NCBI GenBank assembly: GCA_964560525.1
Contig: CAZLLO010000002.1
Span: forward strand, 18,221 to 82,220
Reading direction: 5' to 3'
From: an uncultured Candidatus Saccharibacteria bacterium
GTDB lineage: Bacteria > Patescibacteriota > Dojkabacteria > SC72
Length of the DNA: 64,000 nt
Shown: positions 37,685 through 45,202 of the stretch, piece by piece
Layout of the letters: each line of letters starts with the position of its first letter
Position numbering within the stretch: the stretch's first letter is position 1
Position numbers and translations under genes: made by a program
Notes under the pieces: generated by a model
Database searches by the model: none
Told to the model about the DNA's origin: nothing
Seen by the model: only the letters and a program-made list of their open reading frames with translations

Positions 37685-38182
37685 ATGTCAACAAAAAGAC
37701 AAGTTTTTTATAGTTTTCATTATAAACCTGATAACTGGAGGGCCGCTCAGGTTCGAAATATTGGAGCAATAGAAGGAAACAAACCTGCGCCTGATAATGA
37801 TTGGGAGGATATTGCCAGTGAGGGAGATGATGCGATAAAAGAGTGGATTGATGATCAACTTAAATATAGATCTTGCACCATTGTGCTAGTTGGGAGTAAT
37901 ACAGCAAATAGAAAGTGGATTAATTATGAAATAATAAAATCCTGGAATGAAGAAATGGGAGTGGTAGGGATATATATTCATGGATTGAAGAACAAAGATG
38001 GATATATTAGTGAAAAAGGAGAAAATCCTTTCGATTACATTGGTTATGGAGATGAAAAATTATCTTCTGTTGTAAAATGTTATAACCCTCAGGGTACTAA
38101 TAGCCAGGAAAGATATGATTGGATAAGCAGGAACATCTCAGTTATCGCAGAGCAGGCTGTTAATATTAGGAAAAGCAATTAA
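37685..38182 (+). CDS. TIR-like domain protein (ThsB-like, DUF1863-type)
   Basis: QVFYSFHYKPDNWRAAQVRN N-terminal block, VLVGSNTANRKWINYEIIKS (a Glu at the position of the catalytic Glu of ThsB-type TIRs), GIYIHGLKNKDGYISEKGENPFDYIGY C-terminal block. The protein is 165 aa. Confidence 0.65.
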   Translation: MSTKRQVFYSFHYKPDNWRAAQVRNIGAIEGNKPAPDNDWEDIASEGDDAIKEWIDDQLKYRSCTIVLVGSNTANRKWINYEIIKSWNEEMGVVGIYIHGLKNKDGYISEKGENPFDYIGYGDEKLSSVVKCYNPQGTNSQERYDWISRNISVIAEQAVNIRKSN

Positions 38183-38248
38183 TAAAAAAGAAAAGTATAT
38201 AATAGGTGTTGCTCAGTTGTGGCTTTTTATTTTATTTTACAATAAACC

Positions 38249-38788
38249 ATGTTAACCATAACCTACTTTGTACATGGTACAACTACAGATAATGAACAAC
38301 ACATATCCAGTGGTTGGAAAGATGTAGATATATCTAAAAAAGGTATACAACAATCCATAGAACTACCCACCTTAAATACCACACCCTTTGATACAGTATT
38401 CTGTAGTGATCTATTAAGAGCCATACATTCCACAAACCTATCATTTAAAGATAAATATCCAATAGTTATAGATAAAAGATTAAGAGAATGTAACTATGGT
38501 GATTACAATGGTAAACCATCGGATATGGTAGAACCATTACAAGAACAAATGATATATACAAGATTCCCTAATGGAGAATCATATGAAGATGTAAAGGAAA
38601 GAATAGGGTTATTCTTAAACGATATTAAAAGTAAATACGATGGTAAACATATAGCTATAGTTGGACATAAAGCACCCCAATTAGCATTAGATGTATTACT
38701 AAAGAATATGACATGGGAAGAAGCATTTAAAAACGATTGGAGAAAGATAGGGAAGTGGGAAGCAGGGTGGGTGTATACAATGAACTAA
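38249..38788 (+). CDS. Histidine phosphatase superfamily (PGAM-like) protein with a non-canonical Val in place of the RHG Arg
   Basis: YFVHGTTTDN (HG...N of RHGxTxxN), second His block IAIVGHKAPQLAL. The conserved Arg preceding the catalytic His is replaced by Val. Confidence 0.6.
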   Translation: MLTITYFVHGTTTDNEQHISSGWKDVDISKKGIQQSIELPTLNTTPFDTVFCSDLLRAIHSTNLSFKDKYPIVIDKRLRECNYGDYNGKPSDMVEPLQEQMIYTRFPNGESYEDVKERIGLFLNDIKSKYDGKHIAIVGHKAPQLALDVLLKNMTWEEAFKNDWRKIGKWEAGWVYTMN

Positions 38789-39032
38789 TTAAAAACTAGA
38801 AATCTTTTCTAAGGTAATATATAATATAAATACAAAGATCTAGCGTCCGAATTGTCACCGCATGGTGCGCGTTCCTAGACAAGCACTAGGATAGGCGTTA
38901 GATCGAATTTTTATATATCCATTCTTCTCCAATCTTATTTCTTATAACTTGCCTGTAAACTTTACTATCGAATGGACACATTTGATCTTGTCCCTCTGGG
39001 GTTAACACAATAACACAACTTAACAAAGAACT

Positions 39033-39071
39033 ACGGCATCCGTAAACAAACACGGGTGCCGTTTTTCTTTT
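39033..39071 (+). terminator. Intrinsic terminator, copy 1 of a duplicated ~60-bp element
   Basis: ACGGCATCCGT-AAACAAAC-ACGGGTGCCGT (11-bp stem with one G-U) followed by TTTTTCTTTT. Confidence 0.6.
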
Positions 39072-39198
39072 AACAGCCATTGTACCACGTAGACCCCTAT
39101 AGTAATTATTAGACGATTATTATATAATTTTCTCGTCTGTACAAAGACATAAGTTCTTTTTCAATTCATAAAACTCAAGAGAGAGAGGGTTGTTACAA

Positions 39199-39576
39199 AT
39201 GAAAAAATGGATGGAATTAAGTGAGAAGGTAATTGGATTCCTGGCTTCGGTTAAGCAAGGAATTACTTTCTCAACCTCAAGTCGAACAATTGCTACTCTG
39301 GAGGGTGGAATAAAGGTTACTTTCTTGGAAGAAGTTTACGGGGAAGAAGGACGTCTTTCCGTGAAATTCCCCTCTATGACAAGAGGAAATCTTCCTGTGG
39401 AAGTACCAATTCTTGAAAGAGCTATCAGTAGCGCAATTGAGACTTTACCAGTCTGTTCTTTTTGGGAAAAGGGTTCGCCATATGCATTTACACTTATATG
39501 GGATGATGACCCACTCAAAGCGTTTGCGGAGATAGGCGAGAAGAAAGGAGTCCTCGACTTAAAGAGTTTATTGTAA
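39199..39576 (+). CDS. Hypothetical protein flanked by duplicated terminators
   Basis: A 126-aa ORF with RBS GAGAGGG 8 nt upstream of ATG 39199 (the ORF track's 39190 TTG is less likely). No recognisable motifs. Confidence 0.45.
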   Translation: MKKWMELSEKVIGFLASVKQGITFSTSSRTIATLEGGIKVTFLEEVYGEEGRLSVKFPSMTRGNLPVEVPILERAISSAIETLPVCSFWEKGSPYAFTLIWDDDPLKAFAEIGEKKGVLDLKSLL

Positions 39577-39589
39577 CTGATTAAAGAAC

Positions 39590-39628
39590 TACGGCATCCG
39601 TAAACAAACACGGGTGCCGTTTTTCTTT
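39590..39628 (+). terminator. Intrinsic terminator, copy 2 of the duplicated element (2 mismatches to copy 1 over ~60 bp)
   Basis: Same hairpin ACGGCATCCGT-AAACAAAC-ACGGGTGCCGT plus TTTTTCTTTT, located 14 nt after the stop of the 39199 gene. Confidence 0.6.
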
Positions 39629-39727
39629 TACCCGCCATACCCCATATATATATCTTCCTTGTTATTCTAACCATTTTAGAATATACTCACTACTGTCCGT
39701 ATTAAAATTAAAAAGAAAATATATACA

Positions 39728-40372
39728 ATGAGAGACTTTAATAGATCAGGTGGAAACAGTAGAGGCGGAGGAAGAAGCTTCGGTGGAGGTGGTAGAGGTA
39801 GAAGTTTTGGAGGAAGAAGCGAAAGACCAGAAATGTTCGATGCAGTATGCGATCAATGTGGAAAAGACTGTAGAGTCCCATTTAGACCATCTGGAGACAA
39901 ACCAATATACTGTAGCGAATGTTTTGAATCAAAGAGAGAAGACGGTGGTAGAGATGACAGAGGAGGAAGATTTGAAAGCAGAGATAGAAGACCAAGCTTT
40001 GATAGAGGTGGATTCAGGGATAGAGAAGAGAAGCAAATGTTTACAGCAGTATGTGATCAATGTGGACAGGAATGTGAAGTTCCATTCAAACCATCAAGTA
40101 ACAAACCAATATTCTGTAGCAAATGTTTCGAAGGTAAAGAAGGAAACAAGAGTAATGGTAGAGGTGGATGCAACTGTGATTGTAAAGCAGAGATTGAAGC
40201 ATTAAACAAGAAATTGGACAAGATTATTAGTATTCTTGAACCTATTAAAGAGGTAAAAGCTACTAAGAAAGCTATAGAAAAGGAAGTTGCTGAAGTAGTT
40301 AAGGAAGTAAAGAAAACAGCAAAGAAAGTAGCTAAAAAGGCAAAAGAAGTTAAGGAAGTAATTACTGAATAA
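39728..40372 (+). CDS. RGG-rich tandem zinc-ribbon nucleic-acid-binding protein with Lys-rich histone-H1-like tail
   Basis: N-terminal RGG/GGRS repeats; two copies of MF(D/T)AVCDQCG(K/Q)(D/E)C(R/E)VPF(R/K)PS(G/S)(D/N)KPI(Y/F)CS(E/K)CF(E)(S/G)K (CxxC...CxxC ribbons); C-terminal KKLDKIISILEPIKEVKATKKAIEKEVAEVVKEVKKTAKKVAKKAKEVKEV. Confidence 0.55.
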   Translation: MRDFNRSGGNSRGGGRSFGGGGRGRSFGGRSERPEMFDAVCDQCGKDCRVPFRPSGDKPIYCSECFESKREDGGRDDRGGRFESRDRRPSFDRGGFRDREEKQMFTAVCDQCGQECEVPFKPSSNKPIFCSKCFEGKEGNKSNGRGGCNCDCKAEIEALNKKLDKIISILEPIKEVKATKKAIEKEVAEVVKEVKKTAKKVAKKAKEVKEVITE

Positions 40373-40396
40373 TTCTTTTGTAAAAGTTAGTATCAT

Positions 40397-40423
40397 AGCC
40401 GAGCGGAAACGCTCGGTTTTGTT
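40397..40423 (+). terminator. Intrinsic terminator after 39728..40372
   Basis: CCGAGCG-GAAA-CGCTCGG followed by TTTTGTT. Confidence 0.55.
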
Positions 40424-40487
40424 ATATATATACTTTGAAATCTAGGGAAATCGTAGTAATAGCGGTATAATAACGAATTAGTTCCTT

Positions 40488-40835
40488 ATGGAGGAATTAA
40501 AATCTTGTACGATCATTAAAAAAGGGAGGCACAAAGTGCTACTTAATATACTGTATGCAGAAAAAACATTGATTGTTCTAAGCCTTCTATTCTTAGTATT
40601 AGCGTTTTTAGTACTAGGAATGTGTGCTAATGGAAAAATCTTGGGCTACCGTGTTGTTTCGATTATAGCGATCCTGGTTGCTGCTATCTGTTGTTATCTT
40701 TCTATCATACAGAAAGTTGTAGCCCTAGCGTGGATATCAGGTATAATCACAGTAATTTGCATAATAAGTATCTTTTTCTTCTGGAAGAACCCAGATATCA
40801 GAATAGATAAAACAGAAACGTCTTTCTGGCACTAA
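40488..40835 (+). CDS. Hypothetical 3-TM membrane protein
   Basis: A 115-aa ORF with three hydrophobic helices. Confidence 0.4.
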   Translation: MEELKSCTIIKKGRHKVLLNILYAEKTLIVLSLLFLVLAFLVLGMCANGKILGYRVVSIIAILVAAICCYLSIIQKVVALAWISGIITVICIISIFFFWKNPDIRIDKTETSFWH

Positions 40836-40852
40836 ATGATGTACAAGGTGGG

Positions 40853-40888
40853 CCAGTGGCTTATATATTTCTAAGCCACTGGTTTAAC
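40853..40888 (+). terminator. Hairpin terminator after 40488..40835
   Basis: CCAGTGGCTTA-tatatttc-TAAGCCACTGG perfect 11-bp stem followed by TTTAACTT, a weak U-tract. Confidence 0.5.
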
Positions 40889-40958
40889 TTCAATTTGTAA
40901 ATATACCCCTTTCTTAGTATCATTGTGAATTCCATAAGAATATACATATAACAAAGCT

Positions 40959-41570
40959 ATGGATCTTGTTGCACTAATAACACAAATAATTTCAACTGCT
41001 AAATACCCTGTCATATTCTTGATGTTTTTCATCGATGGATCATCTACCAATTTCATAGCTTCGACATTAGCTGGGAGTGGATTACTAAATATATGGATAA
41101 TAGGGGGAGCTGCAATAGTAATAGAACTAATGGTAGATATGTTTTACTTCTTACTTGGCCATAAGGTATCAGATACCGATATTGTAAAAAGATTAACTAA
41201 TAGTGAGAAGAGTAATTTCATAAAGACAATAGAGGGAGCATACAAAAAACACCCTGGAATTACATTGATGTTAGTAAAATTTGCAGGACCTTTGGCTATT
41301 CCAGGAATTCTGTATATGGGAAAAATGAAAGCTATGAGTATTCCAAAGTTTTTAGGATACGCAGTAATTGTGGCTGGTATTAGAGCTGTTTTGTTGTCAT
41401 TTATAGGGTATATGGTTGGAAAAGGAGTGGGCCAGTTTATGAAAATATATGACCTTTTCAAAGCCATGGGGGTTATTCTTCTCATAGCTGTTATAATGTT
41501 TATTGTATACAAAACATTTGAGAAAAAGATACAAGCCTTTGTTCTAAATATATTTAAGCAAATAAAGTAG
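40959..41570 (+). CDS. Polytopic membrane protein, DedA/SNARE-associated-like
   Basis: A 203-aa protein with 4-5 TM helices and Gly-rich re-entrant-like segments. Assignment is by topology only. Its stop abuts the start of the glycosyltransferase gene. Confidence 0.35.
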   Translation: MDLVALITQIISTAKYPVIFLMFFIDGSSTNFIASTLAGSGLLNIWIIGGAAIVIELMVDMFYFLLGHKVSDTDIVKRLTNSEKSNFIKTIEGAYKKHPGITLMLVKFAGPLAIPGILYMGKMKAMSIPKFLGYAVIVAGIRAVLLSFIGYMVGKGVGQFMKIYDLFKAMGVILLIAVIMFIVYKTFEKKIQAFVLNIFKQIK

Positions 41571-43949
41571 ATGGGAAATAAAATATTACCAATATCTATA
41601 GTCATTCCTGCGAAAAATGAAGAAGCCAACATAACTGCTTTGATGGAAAGCATAAAAAAACAGGCATACCAACCAAAAGAAATCATATTAGCAGATGCTA
41701 AATCTCAAGACAGGACAGTAGAAATTGCTAAAAGGTATGGTGCAAAGGTGGTAGAGGGTGGACCAATTTCTATAGGAAGAAACAACGGATTCAAAGCATC
41801 TACTCAGGATACAATTGTATTTTTTGATGCAGATGTACAACTTTTGGGAGAAAACGATTTAGAAGAAATAATAAATATCTTTAAAGAAAAAGAATTAGAT
41901 TGTGCGACATGCCACTTTGAATATACAGGAAAACGATCTTTTTCCAAATATATGACTACCAAGTTCATAAATATTGCAAAGGATATAAGTGCGATGTCTC
42001 CATTACCAGGTTTGAAATGGGACTGGGGAACAGTATTGATAATAAAGCGTGACGTTTTCGAAGAAGTGGGAGGCTTTGCTGCAGAATTCAAGTACATGGA
42101 AGATAGCCTAATGATTCAGAGAGTTGTGAGTATGAAATACAAGTACAAGGTTATTAACAAGAGAGTAGGTGTAGTTATTAATGGGAGGCAAAGTAGAACG
42201 GGAAAGTTTTTTTCAAAATCAAAAGAATCTCTTGCTGCTATCTTAGGTATTATATCCGTGAACATGGTTAGATTCTCTTTAACAAGAGATTGGGGATACA
42301 AACTCAATAAGGTTAGTAGCAAATTGTATGGAGAACTCGGGGGAATCATAAAATACAATAACCCATACAAACCACAGGATAGAGATGGAGGATTTCCTAC
42401 AGAAACATCCAAGTTTATGCGAAGAGTGTATGAAATTATTCCTGGTTTCTTTACTTGGCTATTTATTCTTTCTCCTGTAATTTTTGCGCTATTACAATGG
42501 AACCAAGTCTTCGCTATATATGTTGCTTTCCTAGTGGCATATTGGTCATTGAGAACTATAAAGTTCATGACAGGTATATATATTGGTCTTAGACGGACAA
42601 AAAGAGACACAACAACAGATTGGGTTGGAAAGATAGATAATGAGGCGAAAGAAGAAGCTAAAGAAATTAGGTTTGTATATTTGTGTCCTGTATCTTCAGA
42701 AAGTTTAGATATTTTGGAACCCTCGTTTGAGGCATGGGCTAACAGTGACATTGGTGCAGACAAGATAGATGTGGTAATTGCAATGGAGGAGAAAAAGAAA
42801 GATCTACAGCTAGAGAATCTTAAACATTTGAAAGAAAAATATGGGAAAAAGTTTGGAAGTATCCGCCACTATATCCATCCTTTTGGAATAGAAGGAGAGG
42901 TGGCTGGTGTCAAAGGAGCTAATATTAACTGGGCGGGTAGACATTTTGTTATGGATTTAGAAAAGGAAGGTAAGGATATTTCTAAATATCTTTTAATATC
43001 TTGCGATTCTGATTTAAGGCCACATCCAAAATATCTTTCTGCAGTATTGTACAAATATCTTACTGTAGAAGATAGAGATAATCGGTACTATGCAAGTGCA
43101 TTGCACACCTTTAATAACAATATATGGCACGTACCATCATTGATTAGGGCACAATCCAATATGTTAACGCTTGTACTCTTGCAGAACTGGGTAGTGGATA
43201 AATTAAAGCGAATACCATTTGTTGGGGAGAATATATATGTAAGAGACACATTCTCTTCATATATAGTTAATCTTGGAACATTGAAAAAACTAGAATTTTG
43301 GAATCCTGAGATTGCTAATGATGACACCGCTTTCTACTGGAATGCAATGGTTAGAACTAAGGGTACATTTAAAAGTCAAGAAGTATATATCCCAACATAC
43401 AATGATGCTGTTGAAAACGAAACTTTTGTTAAATCCCATGTATCATATTACAAACAGCAACATAGGTGGGGATGGGGTGTTATCAATGTCCCAATTACAA
43501 TGGCTGCGCTATTTAGTAAAAAAAGTGAGTTCCCAATTTACAGGAAGTTGTTCTTACTTAAGAACATCTTTGAATACCAGATTTGGTATCTAACTGTTGT
43601 CTTCATACTTACATTTGGACTTAGTATCATGGGTTGGTTAAGTCCAACATATCAATATACTGTGCTTGCGTACAATCTTCAGAGAGCCCTCAGCTATATC
43701 TTTACTGCTATTACCCTTACCAACATCCCAATGGTCATATTCAGAAGACAGATAACTCCTGTACCGAAGGATTGGAAATGGTGGAGACATGTATTAGACT
43801 TCGCAGAGACATTTCTTGTTACTGTAAATATGCTAACCTTTGGATTCATACCATATGTTCAAGCTCAAACAGAAATGATGCTTGGTCAAGCGGCATTCAA
43901 ACGTAATTTCTACATTACGGACAAGGTGCGTATGAAAAAAGCAAATTAA
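41571..43949 (+). CDS. Bifunctional dual-GT2 membrane polysaccharide synthase (N-terminal GT-A domain plus processive QxxRW synthase domain)
   Basis: Domain 1 has ISIVIPAKNEE...FFDADVQ (a DxD motif). Domain 2 has ISCDSDL (a DxD motif) and QQHRWGWG (the QxxRW motif of processive beta-glycan synthases). There are multiple TM helices in the middle and at the C-terminus. Confidence 0.7.
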   Translation: MGNKILPISIVIPAKNEEANITALMESIKKQAYQPKEIILADAKSQDRTVEIAKRYGAKVVEGGPISIGRNNGFKASTQDTIVFFDADVQLLGENDLEEIINIFKEKELDCATCHFEYTGKRSFSKYMTTKFINIAKDISAMSPLPGLKWDWGTVLIIKRDVFEEVGGFAAEFKYMEDSLMIQRVVSMKYKYKVINKRVGVVINGRQSRTGKFFSKSKESLAAILGIISVNMVRFSLTRDWGYKLNKVSSKLYGELGGIIKYNNPYKPQDRDGGFPTETSKFMRRVYEIIPGFFTWLFILSPVIFALLQWNQVFAIYVAFLVAYWSLRTIKFMTGIYIGLRRTKRDTTTDWVGKIDNEAKEEAKEIRFVYLCPVSSESLDILEPSFEAWANSDIGADKIDVVIAMEEKKKDLQLENLKHLKEKYGKKFGSIRHYIHPFGIEGEVAGVKGANINWAGRHFVMDLEKEGKDISKYLLISCDSDLRPHPKYLSAVLYKYLTVEDRDNRYYASALHTFNNNIWHVPSLIRAQSNMLTLVLLQNWVVDKLKRIPFVGENIYVRDTFSSYIVNLGTLKKLEFWNPEIANDDTAFYWNAMVRTKGTFKSQEVYIPTYNDAVENETFVKSHVSYYKQQHRWGWGVINVPITMAALFSKKSEFPIYRKLFLLKNIFEYQIWYLTVVFILTFGLSIMGWLSPTYQYTVLAYNLQRALSYIFTAITLTNIPMVIFRRQITPVPKDWKWWRHVLDFAETFLVTVNMLTFGFIPYVQAQTEMMLGQAAFKRNFYITDKVRMKKAN

Positions 43950-44014
43950 ATTCAGTTGAATTTAATTTCCTCTTGGTAATGTATATACAATAAATTATTA
44001 CTGTATATACATAT

Positions 44015-45202
44015 ATGTTTCTCAAGATCCTTAAAATGATTGTGTATTTCTTCATCATATTTGCAAAACCAGTCTATGCAGATAGTTTTGAAGAGACATC
44101 TGATGCTCAAAACAATCAGTACTATCAAACAGTAGCATTCGCATCTAATGGGTTTCCAGATATCCAGGATATACTGTATGAGAGAAGAGATTTCTTAGCA
44201 GAAGATACAAATACTGTTTTAAATAGCAATCTGAGTGCATATGCAGATTTCGATCTTACAAGGCGTATTCCTAATGTTGCAGACCATATAGATGCACCAC
44301 CAGGCACACAGGTAGACATTGTCTACCTGTACAAGAATAGTACTGGACATGATCTTAATATTGATAAAATTGGTTTGATTCTAAGCAGAAACATAAAAGA
44401 AAATGGTGACCTAACTCAAATATTGGAAATATCAGAAACCAAAGAAGGTAATTTATTTTACAAGTATTCTGGACAAAATCTTCTAAAGTCAGGTATATAC
44501 AAAGAATATCCTGGAAAAGGGATAATCTTTGCAAATGAACAAGGAGCAGACATCCTTGAGAACGTTAACATAAAGAATCCATTGTCAGTTGAACAAGTAA
44601 GTTTAGCAAAAGATCTTAAGGGAGATATTCTGGCTAAAATATTTGTACAAAATACAAGTAATGAATATCTTAGCAACTTACAATTTAAATATGGTACCTT
44701 CGAAAAAACGTTTAATCTCCCAGCATATCAAGAAGAGATTGTAGAATTTACTATTGAAAATTCACAAGAAGAATTAGGGTCATTTAGTATATATAATCCA
44801 AATATTCAAGAGGTTTGTGCAGTGTATGGAAATGAATATTACAACTATTTGGGAACAGATGCGATTTCAGTTTTTGCATATCGTGAAGAAAATATTGTCC
44901 CTGGTGCATTGGTTCAACCTGCACGAGAGAGCATGTGCATCAAACGCATCCCATATACTATGATTTCTGAGCCATTGGTTTTTGTTGAAGAAGATAGTGA
45001 ACCAGAAGTATTGGGTGTTTCTGAGGGAATTAAAATATTACCTAAAACATCCAAAGTGGATTGGATATTTGTAGGCTTACTTGTTGTTGATGGGCTTCTT
45101 TGGTATTCTTTTGGTATATTAAGGAGGAAATATGAAAGTAAAAATATCAATACCAGAGTACGTACAAAAAGTAGCAAGGATGTTGGAGAAGGAGGGGTTT
45201 GA
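44015..45202 (+). CDS. Secreted hypothetical protein with C-terminal TM anchor
   Basis: Signal peptide (IVYFFIIFAKPVYADS), ectodomain of about 330 aa, C-terminal WIFVGLLVVDGLLWYSFGIL TM. The 3' end overlaps cca by 71 nt. Confidence 0.4.
   Translation: MFLKILKMIVYFFIIFAKPVYADSFEETSDAQNNQYYQTVAFASNGFPDIQDILYERRDFLAEDTNTVLNSNLSAYADFDLTRRIPNVADHIDAPPGTQVDIVYLYKNSTGHDLNIDKIGLILSRNIKENGDLTQILEISETKEGNLFYKYSGQNLLKSGIYKEYPGKGIIFANEQGADILENVNIKNPLSVEQVSLAKDLKGDILAKIFVQNTSNEYLSNLQFKYGTFEKTFNLPAYQEEIVEFTIENSQEELGSFSIYNPNIQEVCAVYGNEYYNYLGTDAISVFAYREENIVPGALVQPARESMCIKRIPYTMISEPLVFVEEDSEPEVLGVSEGIKILPKTSKVDWIFVGLLVVDGLLWYSFGILRRKYESKNINTRVRTKSSKDVGEGGV

Noticed and set aside
38898-39674. Minus-strand ORFs 38898..39080 and 39336..39674 sharing the peptide KRKTAPVFVYGCRSSL
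   Set aside because: Their shared sequence is the reverse complement of the duplicated terminator hairpin (ACGGCATCCGT...ACGGGTGCCGT). These are artefacts of the repeat, not paralogous genes.
39750-40205. 151-aa acidic ORF (METVEAEEEASVEVVEVEV...) in an alternative frame of the RGG/zinc-ribbon gene
   Set aside because: It is entirely nested within the better-supported 39728..40372 gene. Its poly-Glu/Val composition is a frame-shift reading of the GGA/GAA-rich RGG-coding repeats. It has no independent RBS.
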